A DNA stretch of 64,000 nucleotides from a virus (lineage: Duplodnaviria > Caudoviricetes), in the IMG/VR virus record IMGVR_UViG_3300025401_000012. One strand, given 5' to 3'. Numbering within the stretch: position 1 is the stretch's first letter; the number at the start of each line of letters is the position of its first letter. Positions 38,344 through 47,552 of this stretch are shown here, one piece after another. A model generated the notes under the pieces. The model was not told where the DNA came from, made no database searches, and worked only from the letters and a program-made list of their open reading frames with translations. Position numbers and translations under genes: made by a program.

Positions 38344-39111
38344 TGTTTTTCTAATTTTCTTATTATATTTTATTGCCGATTCTACAAGTGTATGTGAAAT
38401 CTGCAAACTATCTGCATAGTGTACAAATGCATTTGTATCTTTAGGGAAACATGCTCCACCAAAACCACGACTACCGTCTGGACCGGGAACTTGCATATGA
38501 CTGTTACCTATGCGTTCGTCTAATTGTAATAATTCAACAATCTTGTTATAGTCTGCGCCATTCATTTGGCACATGTCATATAACTGATTGAAGAACGCTA
38601 CTTTGACACTTAGGAAACAATTGGTAGCATATTTGACCATACTTGCTTCTGTTAGTGTACAATGCTCGATCTTATTTAGGTTTTTAAGCGAGACAATGAA
38701 TAATTCTCTCCAAATATTTCCGGGATTACTTCCGCCTAAAATCATATACTCCTGATTAGCAAAATCTTCGTTGGCACTAACCGCACGTAAAAATTCTGGG
38801 CTATAGGCAATACTATGATTGGGGTAGTTTACAAGTAATCTTTCTAGATAGTTTGGCGGCACTGTTGATTTAAGTAATACCGGTATATGCACAGGAACAG
38901 TATCCATTACTTGATATATTTGATTTACATCGCAATCCCCTGTTTCAGTGCTCGGTGTTCCTACACAAATAATTACTCCTTCAGCATCCGGATAATCTTT
39001 TACTGTTTGTTCGCTTATCTTTGGATCAACAATATATACTATGTTATTTTTATCTATGGCATTAGCAACAGCCTTGCCTACAAATCCATATCCTGCAATT
39101 ATAATTTTCAT
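38335..39111 (-). CDS. ugd: UDP-glucose/GDP-mannose 6-dehydrogenase family protein lacking the C-terminal domain
   Basis: IAGYGFVG, CVGTP, KSTVPP, PEFLR, VKYATN, GFGGACFPKD. Only about 258 aa. Confidence 0.85.
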   Translation of the reverse strand: MKIIIAGYGFVGKAVANAIDKNNIVYIVDPKISEQTVKDYPDAEGVIICVGTPSTETGDCDVNQIYQVMDTVPVHIPVLLKSTVPPNYLERLLVNYPNHSIAYSPEFLRAVSANEDFANQEYMILGGSNPGNIWRELFIVSLKNLNKIEHCTLTEASMVKYATNCFLSVKVAFFNQLYDMCQMNGADYNKIVELLQLDERIGNSHMQVPGPDGSRGFGGACFPKDTNAFVHYADSLQISHTLVESAIKYNKKIRKTLT

Positions 39112-39112
39112 A

Positions 39113-41782
39113 TTAAAACTCAAATAAACTGTTAAATGTATTTTTTTCTTCTGTACTATTGATGTCCCAATTTAATACACCAATTAAGTTATCTAACTTA
39201 TTATCGATAATAGTTTGTTCCATCTCAGCGTGATCAAATGCTAAGTCTTTGAACCACTGTGGTAACCTCAGTTCATCCACTGGATATGCAACTGATGTAA
39301 AACCTAACGGATTAGGTTTGAGTTTACAAACAATAACTTTTGCACCGTCTGTAATACCCATAGAATATTTGTCGTTATACATTCGTTTAAGAGTATTCCA
39401 ATTGATACTAGCACGAACGTGACCGGGCATATTAGCTTTACCTGCTTTGGCTTCTTTAGCTTGATAGTCGGTGATATTGTTAGCACGTTTAGGTGAACCT
39501 TTTTCCCAACCAGGTCTCCCTTTGAATTTAATTCTAAATTCACTAATCATATCTAACACTTCTTTTTCACCTTTGCCTAGTAATACCATTTCAAGAACAT
39601 CACTTAAAAAGTTTTGAATAAATTCTGGAGTATCACTACGCTTAAGATCTAAGCCCATGGCCTTAATTTTACCAGGTTTACCATCCACATCTGTACGTTT
39701 GCCTTCTTTATCATAATAAAGCACTGCATAGCGTTTCTTGGTAATAAACAATGCTTTACTTCCTACAATTTCTCTGCCTGCTCGTATAACTTCTCCTCGA
39801 GTTTTTGGACAATGAAATTGATCTAGCATAAATTGTGGGAATGTAGTATTAACTTCTTCACCAATTTGGTCGTATAAAGCAACAACTGTTTCTTTTGTCC
39901 ATGGAATCTTCCCAGCATCGATGTCTTTTTGAAGTGTTTTATATGCACTAAAATAGCACGAGTCAGTGTCTCCGTAGATGACAGCTTTGCCTTTGTGATC
40001 ATACTCACCGGCAATGATTTCATTTACTTTACTTGCCATATGTCGGACGATCTGGCGTCCTGTAAGTGTAGTTGATTGTCCAATACGTTTATCGAAGAAT
40101 CTGCACCCGCTATTAAGAATAGCACCATACAAACTGTTAAGATTAATCTTTTTAACAAGTTGTCGTTTGTCCCAATATTCTTCTTCAACTTTGTTTCCAG
40201 CTTTAATTGCATCTTTTAATTTGGCCTGCATTTCCTTACGTTCTGCATACCAACGCTTTAACAGCCCAGGAATAATACCTTCTTTTTCATAAGTGAAAAT
40301 AGTACCGTTTGCTGAAAGCATCCAAGGCTGATTGCTTTCGTAAATAAGTCTATAAACTTCTGCAGCACTTAAGATATCAGTTTCGCCATTTTCCCAATCG
40401 ATAGTTATATCAGTTCCAATCTCTTGATTCATTACAGCTTCATATTCTAAACTACCAAAGACACCTTCCCAAGATGCTGCAAAACTCTTGCCTTTCGCCA
40501 TTTGTAATTCGATAAATTCTTCTGTTTTTGTTTGTCGTAATTGTCCAATAATAGTCTCTGGACCCATATTTAATGCACGAATAGCTGACGGATACAGACT
40601 GTTAATATCTAAAGATCCAACCCAGTCTACAATGCCTTCTTTAGGAACTGCCACATACGCACCAGCCGCAGCCGTATTTTCTTCTCGGTCGTCTTTCTTA
40701 ATACGATTAGGAACTTGAAAACCTCTGCGGTGTGCTTCGTTAATAATAGCTTGTTCAGTGACGGCCACAGCGCCCATTGTAGTTTGCAACAATACTGTAT
40801 TTTCATGTGCTAGTGTGTTAGCAAGATCCATGAACTTTAATTTTTTATCTAAATCGTCAAGAAGTTTACAGTCATTAATATTATATTCAACAAATGTTTT
40901 AAAATCATTATTGTATAGTTGATCAAGTGTACCTTCGTATTGTGTTTTACGTTGACCCAATTCATATTCTGCAATAGCATCTAGTCTATAACTATGTCGT
41001 TCTTCGTATGTATACTTGCGATATAATTCGAGATAATCTAAATGTACACGACCGACATAATCGTAAGTTGTACTAGTACGACCGTATTTTTCGTATTCGC
41101 GTTTTTTAGGTAATTGATCAAATAAACAAAATCGTCTAGTATCTTCTTTACTCAATGCCTTGATGACACGATTAGTAGTATAAGGCACGTCAAATCCTTC
41201 GCTATTCCAACCACTAATAACATCAGCATCTTGTATAAGATCTAAGAACATGCTTAATAAATCTGCTTCGTTATCGAACAAATAAGTATTGGGAAAGTCC
41301 TTAACCATTTCCTTAGCTTCTTCCATCTTAAGACCTTTAGGCGGAATAGCTAAACATACCATAGTTTCCAACCATTGTAAGTAGACAGCAATCGCAGTGA
41401 TTGGCATAAATGCATCGTCTGGACTAGCATAGCCACGCTCCGGATCAAAGTCTACCTCAATATCAAAGAACGCTGTGTGTAATTTAGGAGGATCTTGGTT
41501 AAGATAATGTTCGCTTAGTGTTACAAAGATTGGATTAATATCAGACTCATATAAAGTCTTGCCGCTATTAATGGCTTGTTCTTTGCGTAGTTCTTTTGTA
41601 TTTTTACAAACAATACGTGTAAGTGTATCACCGTAGATTGATTGAAATTTGCCCTTAGGGTCTTTGACGTAAAATGTGTGCTTGACAGGAATGTCTCGAA
41701 ATTCACGTTCACCTTTTTTGTTACGTTCAACAACTCGAATGATATCATTCTCGCGGTCAAACCATGCGTCTACATACGACAT
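39113..41782 (-). CDS. polB: Family B DNA polymerase with 3'-5' exonuclease
   Basis: FDIEVD, GWNSEGFD, YNINDC, DINSLYPS, KINLNSLYG, YGDTDS, KKRYA. The C-terminal NSLFEF resembles a clamp-binding motif. Confidence 0.97.
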   Translation of the reverse strand: MSYVDAWFDRENDIIRVVERNKKGEREFRDIPVKHTFYVKDPKGKFQSIYGDTLTRIVCKNTKELRKEQAINSGKTLYESDINPIFVTLSEHYLNQDPPKLHTAFFDIEVDFDPERGYASPDDAFMPITAIAVYLQWLETMVCLAIPPKGLKMEEAKEMVKDFPNTYLFDNEADLLSMFLDLIQDADVISGWNSEGFDVPYTTNRVIKALSKEDTRRFCLFDQLPKKREYEKYGRTSTTYDYVGRVHLDYLELYRKYTYEERHSYRLDAIAEYELGQRKTQYEGTLDQLYNNDFKTFVEYNINDCKLLDDLDKKLKFMDLANTLAHENTVLLQTTMGAVAVTEQAIINEAHRRGFQVPNRIKKDDREENTAAAGAYVAVPKEGIVDWVGSLDINSLYPSAIRALNMGPETIIGQLRQTKTEEFIELQMAKGKSFAASWEGVFGSLEYEAVMNQEIGTDITIDWENGETDILSAAEVYRLIYESNQPWMLSANGTIFTYEKEGIIPGLLKRWYAERKEMQAKLKDAIKAGNKVEEEYWDKRQLVKKINLNSLYGAILNSGCRFFDKRIGQSTTLTGRQIVRHMASKVNEIIAGEYDHKGKAVIYGDTDSCYFSAYKTLQKDIDAGKIPWTKETVVALYDQIGEEVNTTFPQFMLDQFHCPKTRGEVIRAGREIVGSKALFITKKRYAVLYYDKEGKRTDVDGKPGKIKAMGLDLKRSDTPEFIQNFLSDVLEMVLLGKGEKEVLDMISEFRIKFKGRPGWEKGSPKRANNITDYQAKEAKAGKANMPGHVRASINWNTLKRMYNDKYSMGITDGAKVIVCKLKPNPLGFTSVAYPVDELRLPQWFKDLAFDHAEMEQTIIDNKLDNLIGVLNWDINSTEEKNTFNSLFEF

Positions 41783-41792
41783 AAATTTTCTT

Positions 41793-41815
41793 CTCCATGC
41801 AATTTGAGGCTTGCA
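41793..41815 (-). promoter_or_regulatory. 5-bp stem/8-nt loop hairpin abutting the polB Shine-Dalgarno (candidate translational operator)
   Basis: UGCAA-GCCUCAAA-UUGCA-U-GGAG on the minus strand. Confidence 0.5.
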
Positions 41816-41864
41816 AACACCTTCATGCGGTTTATGGCCCGCCGACCTTTCCTAGTATACTTAG

Positions 41865-42122
41865 TTAGATACGTTTTGTAATATCTAAAATAGCTTCAAT
41901 TTCTTCCCAATCTGCATTATAAGCCTGCCAATCGCCTTTATGTGCAATTTTAATTGCACGATTGATAACACTTGGTTTTACTTGTAATTCTTCTGCTACA
42001 GCCTTAACTGTTTCTTTTAAACCTTCTTGTAAATCTTCAACTTCACGCAGAACAGTTGAACCTTCTGCAATCAAACGTTCTAATTTTGCCTTTTCTTCGG
42101 GACCATAACTACGACCTGACAT
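41865..42122 (-). CDS. Small dsDNA-binding protein (T4 DsbA-like)
   Basis: Helical pattern LKETVKAVAEELQVKPSVINRAIKIAHKGD...EEIEAILD resembles DsbA by recall. Confidence 0.5.
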   Translation of the reverse strand: MSGRSYGPEEKAKLERLIAEGSTVLREVEDLQEGLKETVKAVAEELQVKPSVINRAIKIAHKGDWQAYNADWEEIEAILDITKRI

Positions 42123-42187
42123 ATTATCTCCTTAACTATATTGCCTATTATATACTAATTATCTTGTAAACACAACCTTTAGAGGTG

Positions 42188-42215
42188 AAAATGGCAGAAA
42201 TTAATCTGCCATTTT
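42188..42215. terminator. Intrinsic terminator (11-bp stem, potentially bidirectional)
   Basis: AAAATGGCAGA-aattaa-TCTGCCATTTT just downstream of the 906-aa gene. Confidence 0.8.
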
Positions 42216-42221
42216 ACTTGA

Positions 42222-44942
42222 TTAACCTCGAGCAATCTTTAACCAACGAGCTAGTTCATCATGGTATGATTCTTTAACACCGTTTGTATTTGGCATAGAT
42301 GTACCATCTTTTCCAATAGTTGTTCCACTAGGTATCAATTTACTACCAAATAAATCTTTACCATCTGGGCCTGTAACTGGTGATGGAGATGTTTTAAATT
42401 TACCAGAATTATCTGTAGTAGTTCCTGCAGGGCTTGATGCTGTTCCAGATTTGTCAGCAGCCTTTTTCTCTCCAGCAACTGAAGTTGCAGCTGCTTCAGC
42501 TGCTTTCTTTTTATCAGCATCTGACACTGGACCTGCTGCGGTTCCTGGACCACTAGGAATAGTAGTTGCAGCGTTACCGCCTTTGTTTGGATCTAGATTA
42601 GAACTGTTAGAATGATCAACTTTGGCGATAACTTGATCACCGTGCGCTACAGCTTTGGTCCAGGCTGGATCTACATCTTTAGGATCGTGTGCTTTTTCTA
42701 ATGCACGAATCTTGTCAATGATTGCTTGCTGTTCTGGAGTTACTTTACTAGCCGATGCATCTGGAGTAGTTGTAGGAGTATCTCCTGTTGTTGTACCAGT
42801 ATCAGCAGATCCTATTCCACTATTATCACCGCCACCACCTGTTGTTGTAGGTTCTGGAGTATCATCTCCGCTTAATGCTGCCGCACCACCGATACCTAGT
42901 GCTGTAGCACCTAACCCAGCTTTAATTGGATTCTTAGCAATTGCAGCTCCGGTCTTAAGCCCAGCTTTTTCAGCACTAGATAATGCTTTGCCTCCGGATC
43001 CGCCCATCTTAGCTAGTCGTTCTGCAGCTGCTGGACTTGCACCACCCTTAACAGTAGATCCTATAAATTTACCAGCACCTTTAACAGCATCTTTACCCAT
43101 GTTCCACAATGCACTTCCTAGTCCTTCTACAATTTCAACTTCGCCTTTTTCATAAGCATCGTTAATAACTGATATAGTAGTTAAGTCTGTTACTTGTTCA
43201 CCGATACCATTATACATATAATAGTATTCGTCTAGATAATATCTTTGTTCTAGTGTTTCTCTAATTGCAGCTTTAGTTTCAATTAATTGTAAACGTTCTT
43301 GTAAACTACGAATACCTTCGGCAACTGTTTGCTGGGATTCTTTGATTCCAGCTTTGCCATATGTTGCTGGGCCTGGTAATCCGTCCGGAGTAAGACCTTG
43401 CGATTGTTGCCATGCTACTAATTTTTGTTTTGTTTCTGGACCCATCATACCATCTGGTTTTGCACCAATTATTTTTTGTAATTGCATTAGTTTTGCATCA
43501 CCGCCAGTTGTTCCTGTCGGAGATGCAGCATCTCCAAATTTACCAGCTTTATAATCACGTGCTAGATTAGCAGCATCTAACCCCATTGATACTGCACCAC
43601 CTACTCCAGGCACTAGACTTAATGCGGCACTAACACCTGCAATTCCTGCGCCAGTCCAATCACCTTCTTGGGCACGTTTGATAGCATCTACAGTACCAAC
43701 AACTAATCCAACACCTGGAATTAATTTGCTTAACATTTTACCACCAGCTTTTGCACCTGCCTTAGCAGCCACTTGTGCAGCCGCTTCTTCAGCACTCTTT
43801 GCAATAGGAACGCCAGCTTTTTGTAAACCAGCGGCAATCTTTGGTGCTTCGGCAGCTGCTGCTGGCGCTGTTTTTGCTATATCTGCAACTCCGGTAGATG
43901 CAGCTTTCATCTCAGGTGCTGCATACTTTACATTACTCACATTACCTTGCATTTGTCCGCCACTAAAATTAGGAGCGGCTTTTGGAACTTCTGCTTTCGG
44001 AACTTCTGCAGCAGGTAATTCTGGTGCTTTATATGAAGCACGGCCAGCTTCAACATTTGCGCCAGCTGAACCTCTAGCGGTCAACGGCTTATCCAATGGA
44101 TCAGCAACATTATATTTTGTTCGCATAAATCCAGGAAGATTTGGATTATCTGCGAGTTCATCTAACTGATAGCCAAAACTTTCAACAAGGCTTTGTGCAA
44201 TACCTGAATTAAATTCTGTACCTTCTCTGTATAGTTGATGATACAAATCAGTTCCTCCACCGGCTAAACCAGTAACAGCAGCACCCGGTAACCCTCCTAC
44301 TACAGCACCAGGGATTGCGCTAGCACCTGTTGCCAGTGCAAGTTCTTTCCAATTAAGTGATTTATTTTTAGGTTTAGGAGTTGGTCCAGGAGTTGGTCCA
44401 GGAGTTGGTCCAGGAGTTGGCATTGGCGCAATATCGCCTTTTATTGTTGCTTCTAGTTGTGCAATTAGTTCTTCTAATTTTTTAGCATCATCATTTGCAA
44501 CAGGAGTTGGTCCAGGCGCTGGGGCCGGAGCAGGAGTTGGTTTGTCTATATCTACCAATGCTTTAGGATCGACATAGGCATACCCTCCTTTGTCAATAAT
44601 TTGTAAACCGGCTGCACGAATACGTGCTGCATCCTTTTGACTTTCTCCAGGACCGCCTGATTGCATCCACTTAAATGGATATCCTTTAGGTTGGGGAGTA
44701 CCGATCTCACCGCCATCGTCTCCGTAAAAAATTTGTCCAGTTTTTGGATTAATAGCTATTCCAAAACGCGGAATTTGATTCATTGGTGTATTTGCTATTT
44801 TTTTAACATCGGCAATCGCAGCTGATTTAGCATCATCTGATTTAAATTTATCGTATGCAGCACGTTGCAGATCTGTATCAGAAGGAGGTTTGCTTTCTTC
44901 TGCAATGTGATCCAACCTTGTCATTAAATCTCTTAAGTTCAT
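42222..44942 (-). CDS. Large putative internal/ejection protein with peptidoglycan-binding domain
   Basis: Start MNLRDLMTRLDHIAEE (GGGG RBS). PG-binding-like LQKIIGAKPDGMMGPETKQKLVAWQQSQGLTPDGLPGPAT, Gly/Ala hydrophobic hairpins and many (I/V/L)xE sites. Confidence 0.65.
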   Translation of the reverse strand: MNLRDLMTRLDHIAEESKPPSDTDLQRAAYDKFKSDDAKSAAIADVKKIANTPMNQIPRFGIAINPKTGQIFYGDDGGEIGTPQPKGYPFKWMQSGGPGESQKDAARIRAAGLQIIDKGGYAYVDPKALVDIDKPTPAPAPAPGPTPVANDDAKKLEELIAQLEATIKGDIAPMPTPGPTPGPTPGPTPKPKNKSLNWKELALATGASAIPGAVVGGLPGAAVTGLAGGGTDLYHQLYREGTEFNSGIAQSLVESFGYQLDELADNPNLPGFMRTKYNVADPLDKPLTARGSAGANVEAGRASYKAPELPAAEVPKAEVPKAAPNFSGGQMQGNVSNVKYAAPEMKAASTGVADIAKTAPAAAAEAPKIAAGLQKAGVPIAKSAEEAAAQVAAKAGAKAGGKMLSKLIPGVGLVVGTVDAIKRAQEGDWTGAGIAGVSAALSLVPGVGGAVSMGLDAANLARDYKAGKFGDAASPTGTTGGDAKLMQLQKIIGAKPDGMMGPETKQKLVAWQQSQGLTPDGLPGPATYGKAGIKESQQTVAEGIRSLQERLQLIETKAAIRETLEQRYYLDEYYYMYNGIGEQVTDLTTISVINDAYEKGEVEIVEGLGSALWNMGKDAVKGAGKFIGSTVKGGASPAAAERLAKMGGSGGKALSSAEKAGLKTGAAIAKNPIKAGLGATALGIGGAAALSGDDTPEPTTTGGGGDNSGIGSADTGTTTGDTPTTTPDASASKVTPEQQAIIDKIRALEKAHDPKDVDPAWTKAVAHGDQVIAKVDHSNSSNLDPNKGGNAATTIPSGPGTAAGPVSDADKKKAAEAAATSVAGEKKAADKSGTASSPAGTTTDNSGKFKTSPSPVTGPDGKDLFGSKLIPSGTTIGKDGTSMPNTNGVKESYHDELARWLKIARG
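44377..44420 (+). repeat. 12-bp tandem repeat GGAGTTGGTCCA, about 3.7 copies (PTPG linker)
   Basis: Read directly; a related PAPAPGPTP linker lies at about 44505-44540. Confidence 0.9.
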
Positions 44943-44965
44943 TATTTTTCCCCGACTTGATATAT

Positions 44966-45817
44966 TTATTTTACTGAGCATTTAGGCACTAGTTTACCGT
45001 TTTTAGTTTGCATGCCTGTTTGAACTTGTCCTGCACGACACACACTAGTTTTCTTTTTTGGCTTAATTGTTTTAGGTGCTGGTAACACATCTTCACCGAT
45101 ATTTTTATCTATTCCTCGACTAGCAACTCCGCCTTGCTTACGTTTTTTAGCAAGTTCGCTAATACCGTGGCGAATTTGTTCCAAATTTTGTTCTAGCCCC
45201 ATGAACATACCACCCTTGGCTTTTGCACAAATTTGTTCCCAAGCAAGTAAATCGTTTGACTCTGCTAATTCAGCAAGCTCTTTTAGTTGAGCACGAGTGC
45301 GCATGATACGATCTTTAAGTGTTGCTGGATTAGCTTTTTCGTGACTATGAATTAATGGATTATTTGGATCTTCAGAATCCATAGCAATTGGAGCTTCGTC
45401 TACTACATAATTACCCATACCAGGACCAACAGTAGGTGCCTTAATTGCACCGTGTGTGCTCATTGGTATATCAAAATTTTCTTTCATTAATACACGTTTA
45501 GCAATAACACCAGCGTACTGATTAATCAATTGCTGTTTTCGTGTGCTTTCTTCTACTTGTTCTTGTTCAACTTCGTGAAAAAATTTATTAAGTAAACTTG
45601 GTTTACGTTCCGTAACGGGAGCAGATTCTTGCTTTTGATAATGTTGCATTGCCATTTGTACAGGTAATGCAACTTTATGTGGATCTTTACCTTCGTGCAA
45701 ATTTTGCACAGTGGCATTTTTATCTACAATAGATAAAAACTTAGCCATGTCATTAGCACCAGCTACAGGCTTTGTAGCAACACTATCCATAGCCTGTAGT
45801 ATGCGCTTCATGTCCAT
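44966..45817 (-). CDS. Putative internal head protein
   Basis: MDMKRILQAMD N-terminus; LHE, VEE, MKE, VDE and IGE sites. Confidence 0.55.
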   Translation of the reverse strand: MDMKRILQAMDSVATKPVAGANDMAKFLSIVDKNATVQNLHEGKDPHKVALPVQMAMQHYQKQESAPVTERKPSLLNKFFHEVEQEQVEESTRKQQLINQYAGVIAKRVLMKENFDIPMSTHGAIKAPTVGPGMGNYVVDEAPIAMDSEDPNNPLIHSHEKANPATLKDRIMRTRAQLKELAELAESNDLLAWEQICAKAKGGMFMGLEQNLEQIRHGISELAKKRKQGGVASRGIDKNIGEDVLPAPKTIKPKKKTSVCRAGQVQTGMQTKNGKLVPKCSVK

Positions 45818-45821
45818 CGGA

Positions 45822-47525
45822 TTATCCCAATAGACGCTTTGTCAATGCACGGATTTGATCAACTTCACGATTTTCAACTAACGCTGGTTTTTCAGCACGA
45901 TTTAAACGAGCTAGTTGTTCTTGCATACGTGTAAAATCTGTAGATTCTTTTACGGTTTCTTTTGCTTTTTTACCAGAACGTAATGCAGCTAAGTCTGATT
46001 TCTCAATCTTGCCATCATGATCAGCATCGATCTTTTCTTGATTGCCTGGCAAATCTTTAACAGCTTTTTTCTCTGCCATATAAGCAGTAGTTTCTTTGAT
46101 GTTCTTCCACATAGCGGCTGCAGCAATTTTCTTACCTTTCTCACCGCCACCAGCTTTCTTAGCAACATCTTTAAAACTCTTGCCTGGCTTACCGATATCT
46201 TTGCCTGCTTTAGCTTTTTTAACTGTAGCAGACTTTTCAGCCTTGCTTAGACCTGCACTTGGTTTAGCTTCGGAAACTTTCTTTGCTCTACCTGTAGGAG
46301 TAGTAGTCGTTGCATATTGATGTATTTGATCAATCTTTTTATGATTGCCTTTTTCAAGAGCGTCCTCTGCTCCTTGTTTTAAGTTTGCACCAGGGCTTTT
46401 GCTTTTGCCAATCTGAGCTACTTTTATAGCAGAGTCTTGACTTCTTTGACCACGAGGTGCGGCTTCTTTAACAGCCTTGCCACCCTTTTCGTCTTTACCA
46501 AGACGTCCGGCGATAACATCACCGCGTGTAATTTTGTCATATGGTTTAGCATTGTTGGCTAGGTTACCGTCGCCTTTCTTAGACGTTTTAGATTTAGCTT
46601 CCATTACAACACCTGGACACTCGTAAATGCCACCACCGTTTAGGTGCGGATGTTGATGGTAGCATTCTCCCATTGCACCATGTGTAATAGTACCGCCACA
46701 TGATTCACATGCTTCTTTGTGATGCATTGCTAATTCTAAATTGCCTGATTTGTGATGTTTTGCATATTCGCAAGCATGGTGATGTGCCATGTTACCAGGA
46801 GCCATTTTGGCTTCATTGGTTGTTGTTTTACCATCTTTGTGAATAGTTTGTTTACCAGGATTTGACTTGCCCCATGCTTTAGATTCTTTTTCTGCAGCTT
46901 TATCCATTGCACGATCACCTGCTTTATCAGCACTACTACGTGCTTTGGCATGTGATTTTGTACGATCATTATCACTGTGTGGCTCATCTGTGAAACGATC
47001 TGGATTATGTTTGTGAGTAATTGTACTACCTTTTTTAGTAGTCGTGCCACCTGTGCTACTACGCTTTTCATAGTCGCCGTTATCATCTGATTTTTTGTTC
47101 TTCCAATCAAATGCGTTTTCTGCCATTTTAGCAGCATCTGCTTTTTTAAGAGCTTTAAGTTTTTCTTTAGCCTCGTTTAAACGGAATTTAAGAACACGTT
47201 TTTGACTTTCACTAATTGGTGCATGATCAACAGCTTCGCCGTACTCACCAATTTTCTTTTCATAAGCTAGATAATGGTAAACACTAGCAATATTAGTAGC
47301 AGCAATAGTAATTTTGCTTTGTACCCATGCTTCTAATTGTTCGTCATCATCGATATGTTCTTGTAAATTGGTAGCATAGTTAGCTAACTTAATTAGCTCT
47401 TGCTTGGCCATTGCGCCTTCTTGGTCGCCGTTACCTTCAGCTGGCCCTTCTAGGCTAGGGTCTGCACCCATATCTGGCATGTCTTGATCCATTTCTGGTG
47501 CTTCTTGATCTAATTCTGGTGGCAT
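45822..47525 (-). CDS. Putative prohead core/internal polyprotein, Lys/His-rich
   Basis: About 11 (hydrophobic)-x-E sites separating short modules, a His/Cys patch and an EF-hand-like DADHDGKIEKSD. TAAATA at 47550. Confidence 0.6.
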   Translation of the reverse strand: MPPELDQEAPEMDQDMPDMGADPSLEGPAEGNGDQEGAMAKQELIKLANYATNLQEHIDDDEQLEAWVQSKITIAATNIASVYHYLAYEKKIGEYGEAVDHAPISESQKRVLKFRLNEAKEKLKALKKADAAKMAENAFDWKNKKSDDNGDYEKRSSTGGTTTKKGSTITHKHNPDRFTDEPHSDNDRTKSHAKARSSADKAGDRAMDKAAEKESKAWGKSNPGKQTIHKDGKTTTNEAKMAPGNMAHHHACEYAKHHKSGNLELAMHHKEACESCGGTITHGAMGECYHQHPHLNGGGIYECPGVVMEAKSKTSKKGDGNLANNAKPYDKITRGDVIAGRLGKDEKGGKAVKEAAPRGQRSQDSAIKVAQIGKSKSPGANLKQGAEDALEKGNHKKIDQIHQYATTTTPTGRAKKVSEAKPSAGLSKAEKSATVKKAKAGKDIGKPGKSFKDVAKKAGGGEKGKKIAAAAMWKNIKETTAYMAEKKAVKDLPGNQEKIDADHDGKIEKSDLAALRSGKKAKETVKESTDFTRMQEQLARLNRAEKPALVENREVDQIRALTKRLLG

Positions 47526-47552
47526 GAGTATACTCCGTTTATCTTTATATAT

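Noticed and set aside
35690-41782. Inteins or introns in dpdA and polB
   Set aside because: PolB has normal length with contiguous motifs. The DpdA insert lacks intein termini (C...HN) and homing-endonuclease motifs.
42130-42185. Sigma70 promoter for the DsbA-like gene
   Set aside because: TATAAT is present but there is no credible -35 box at 16-18 nt spacing, so it is not called.
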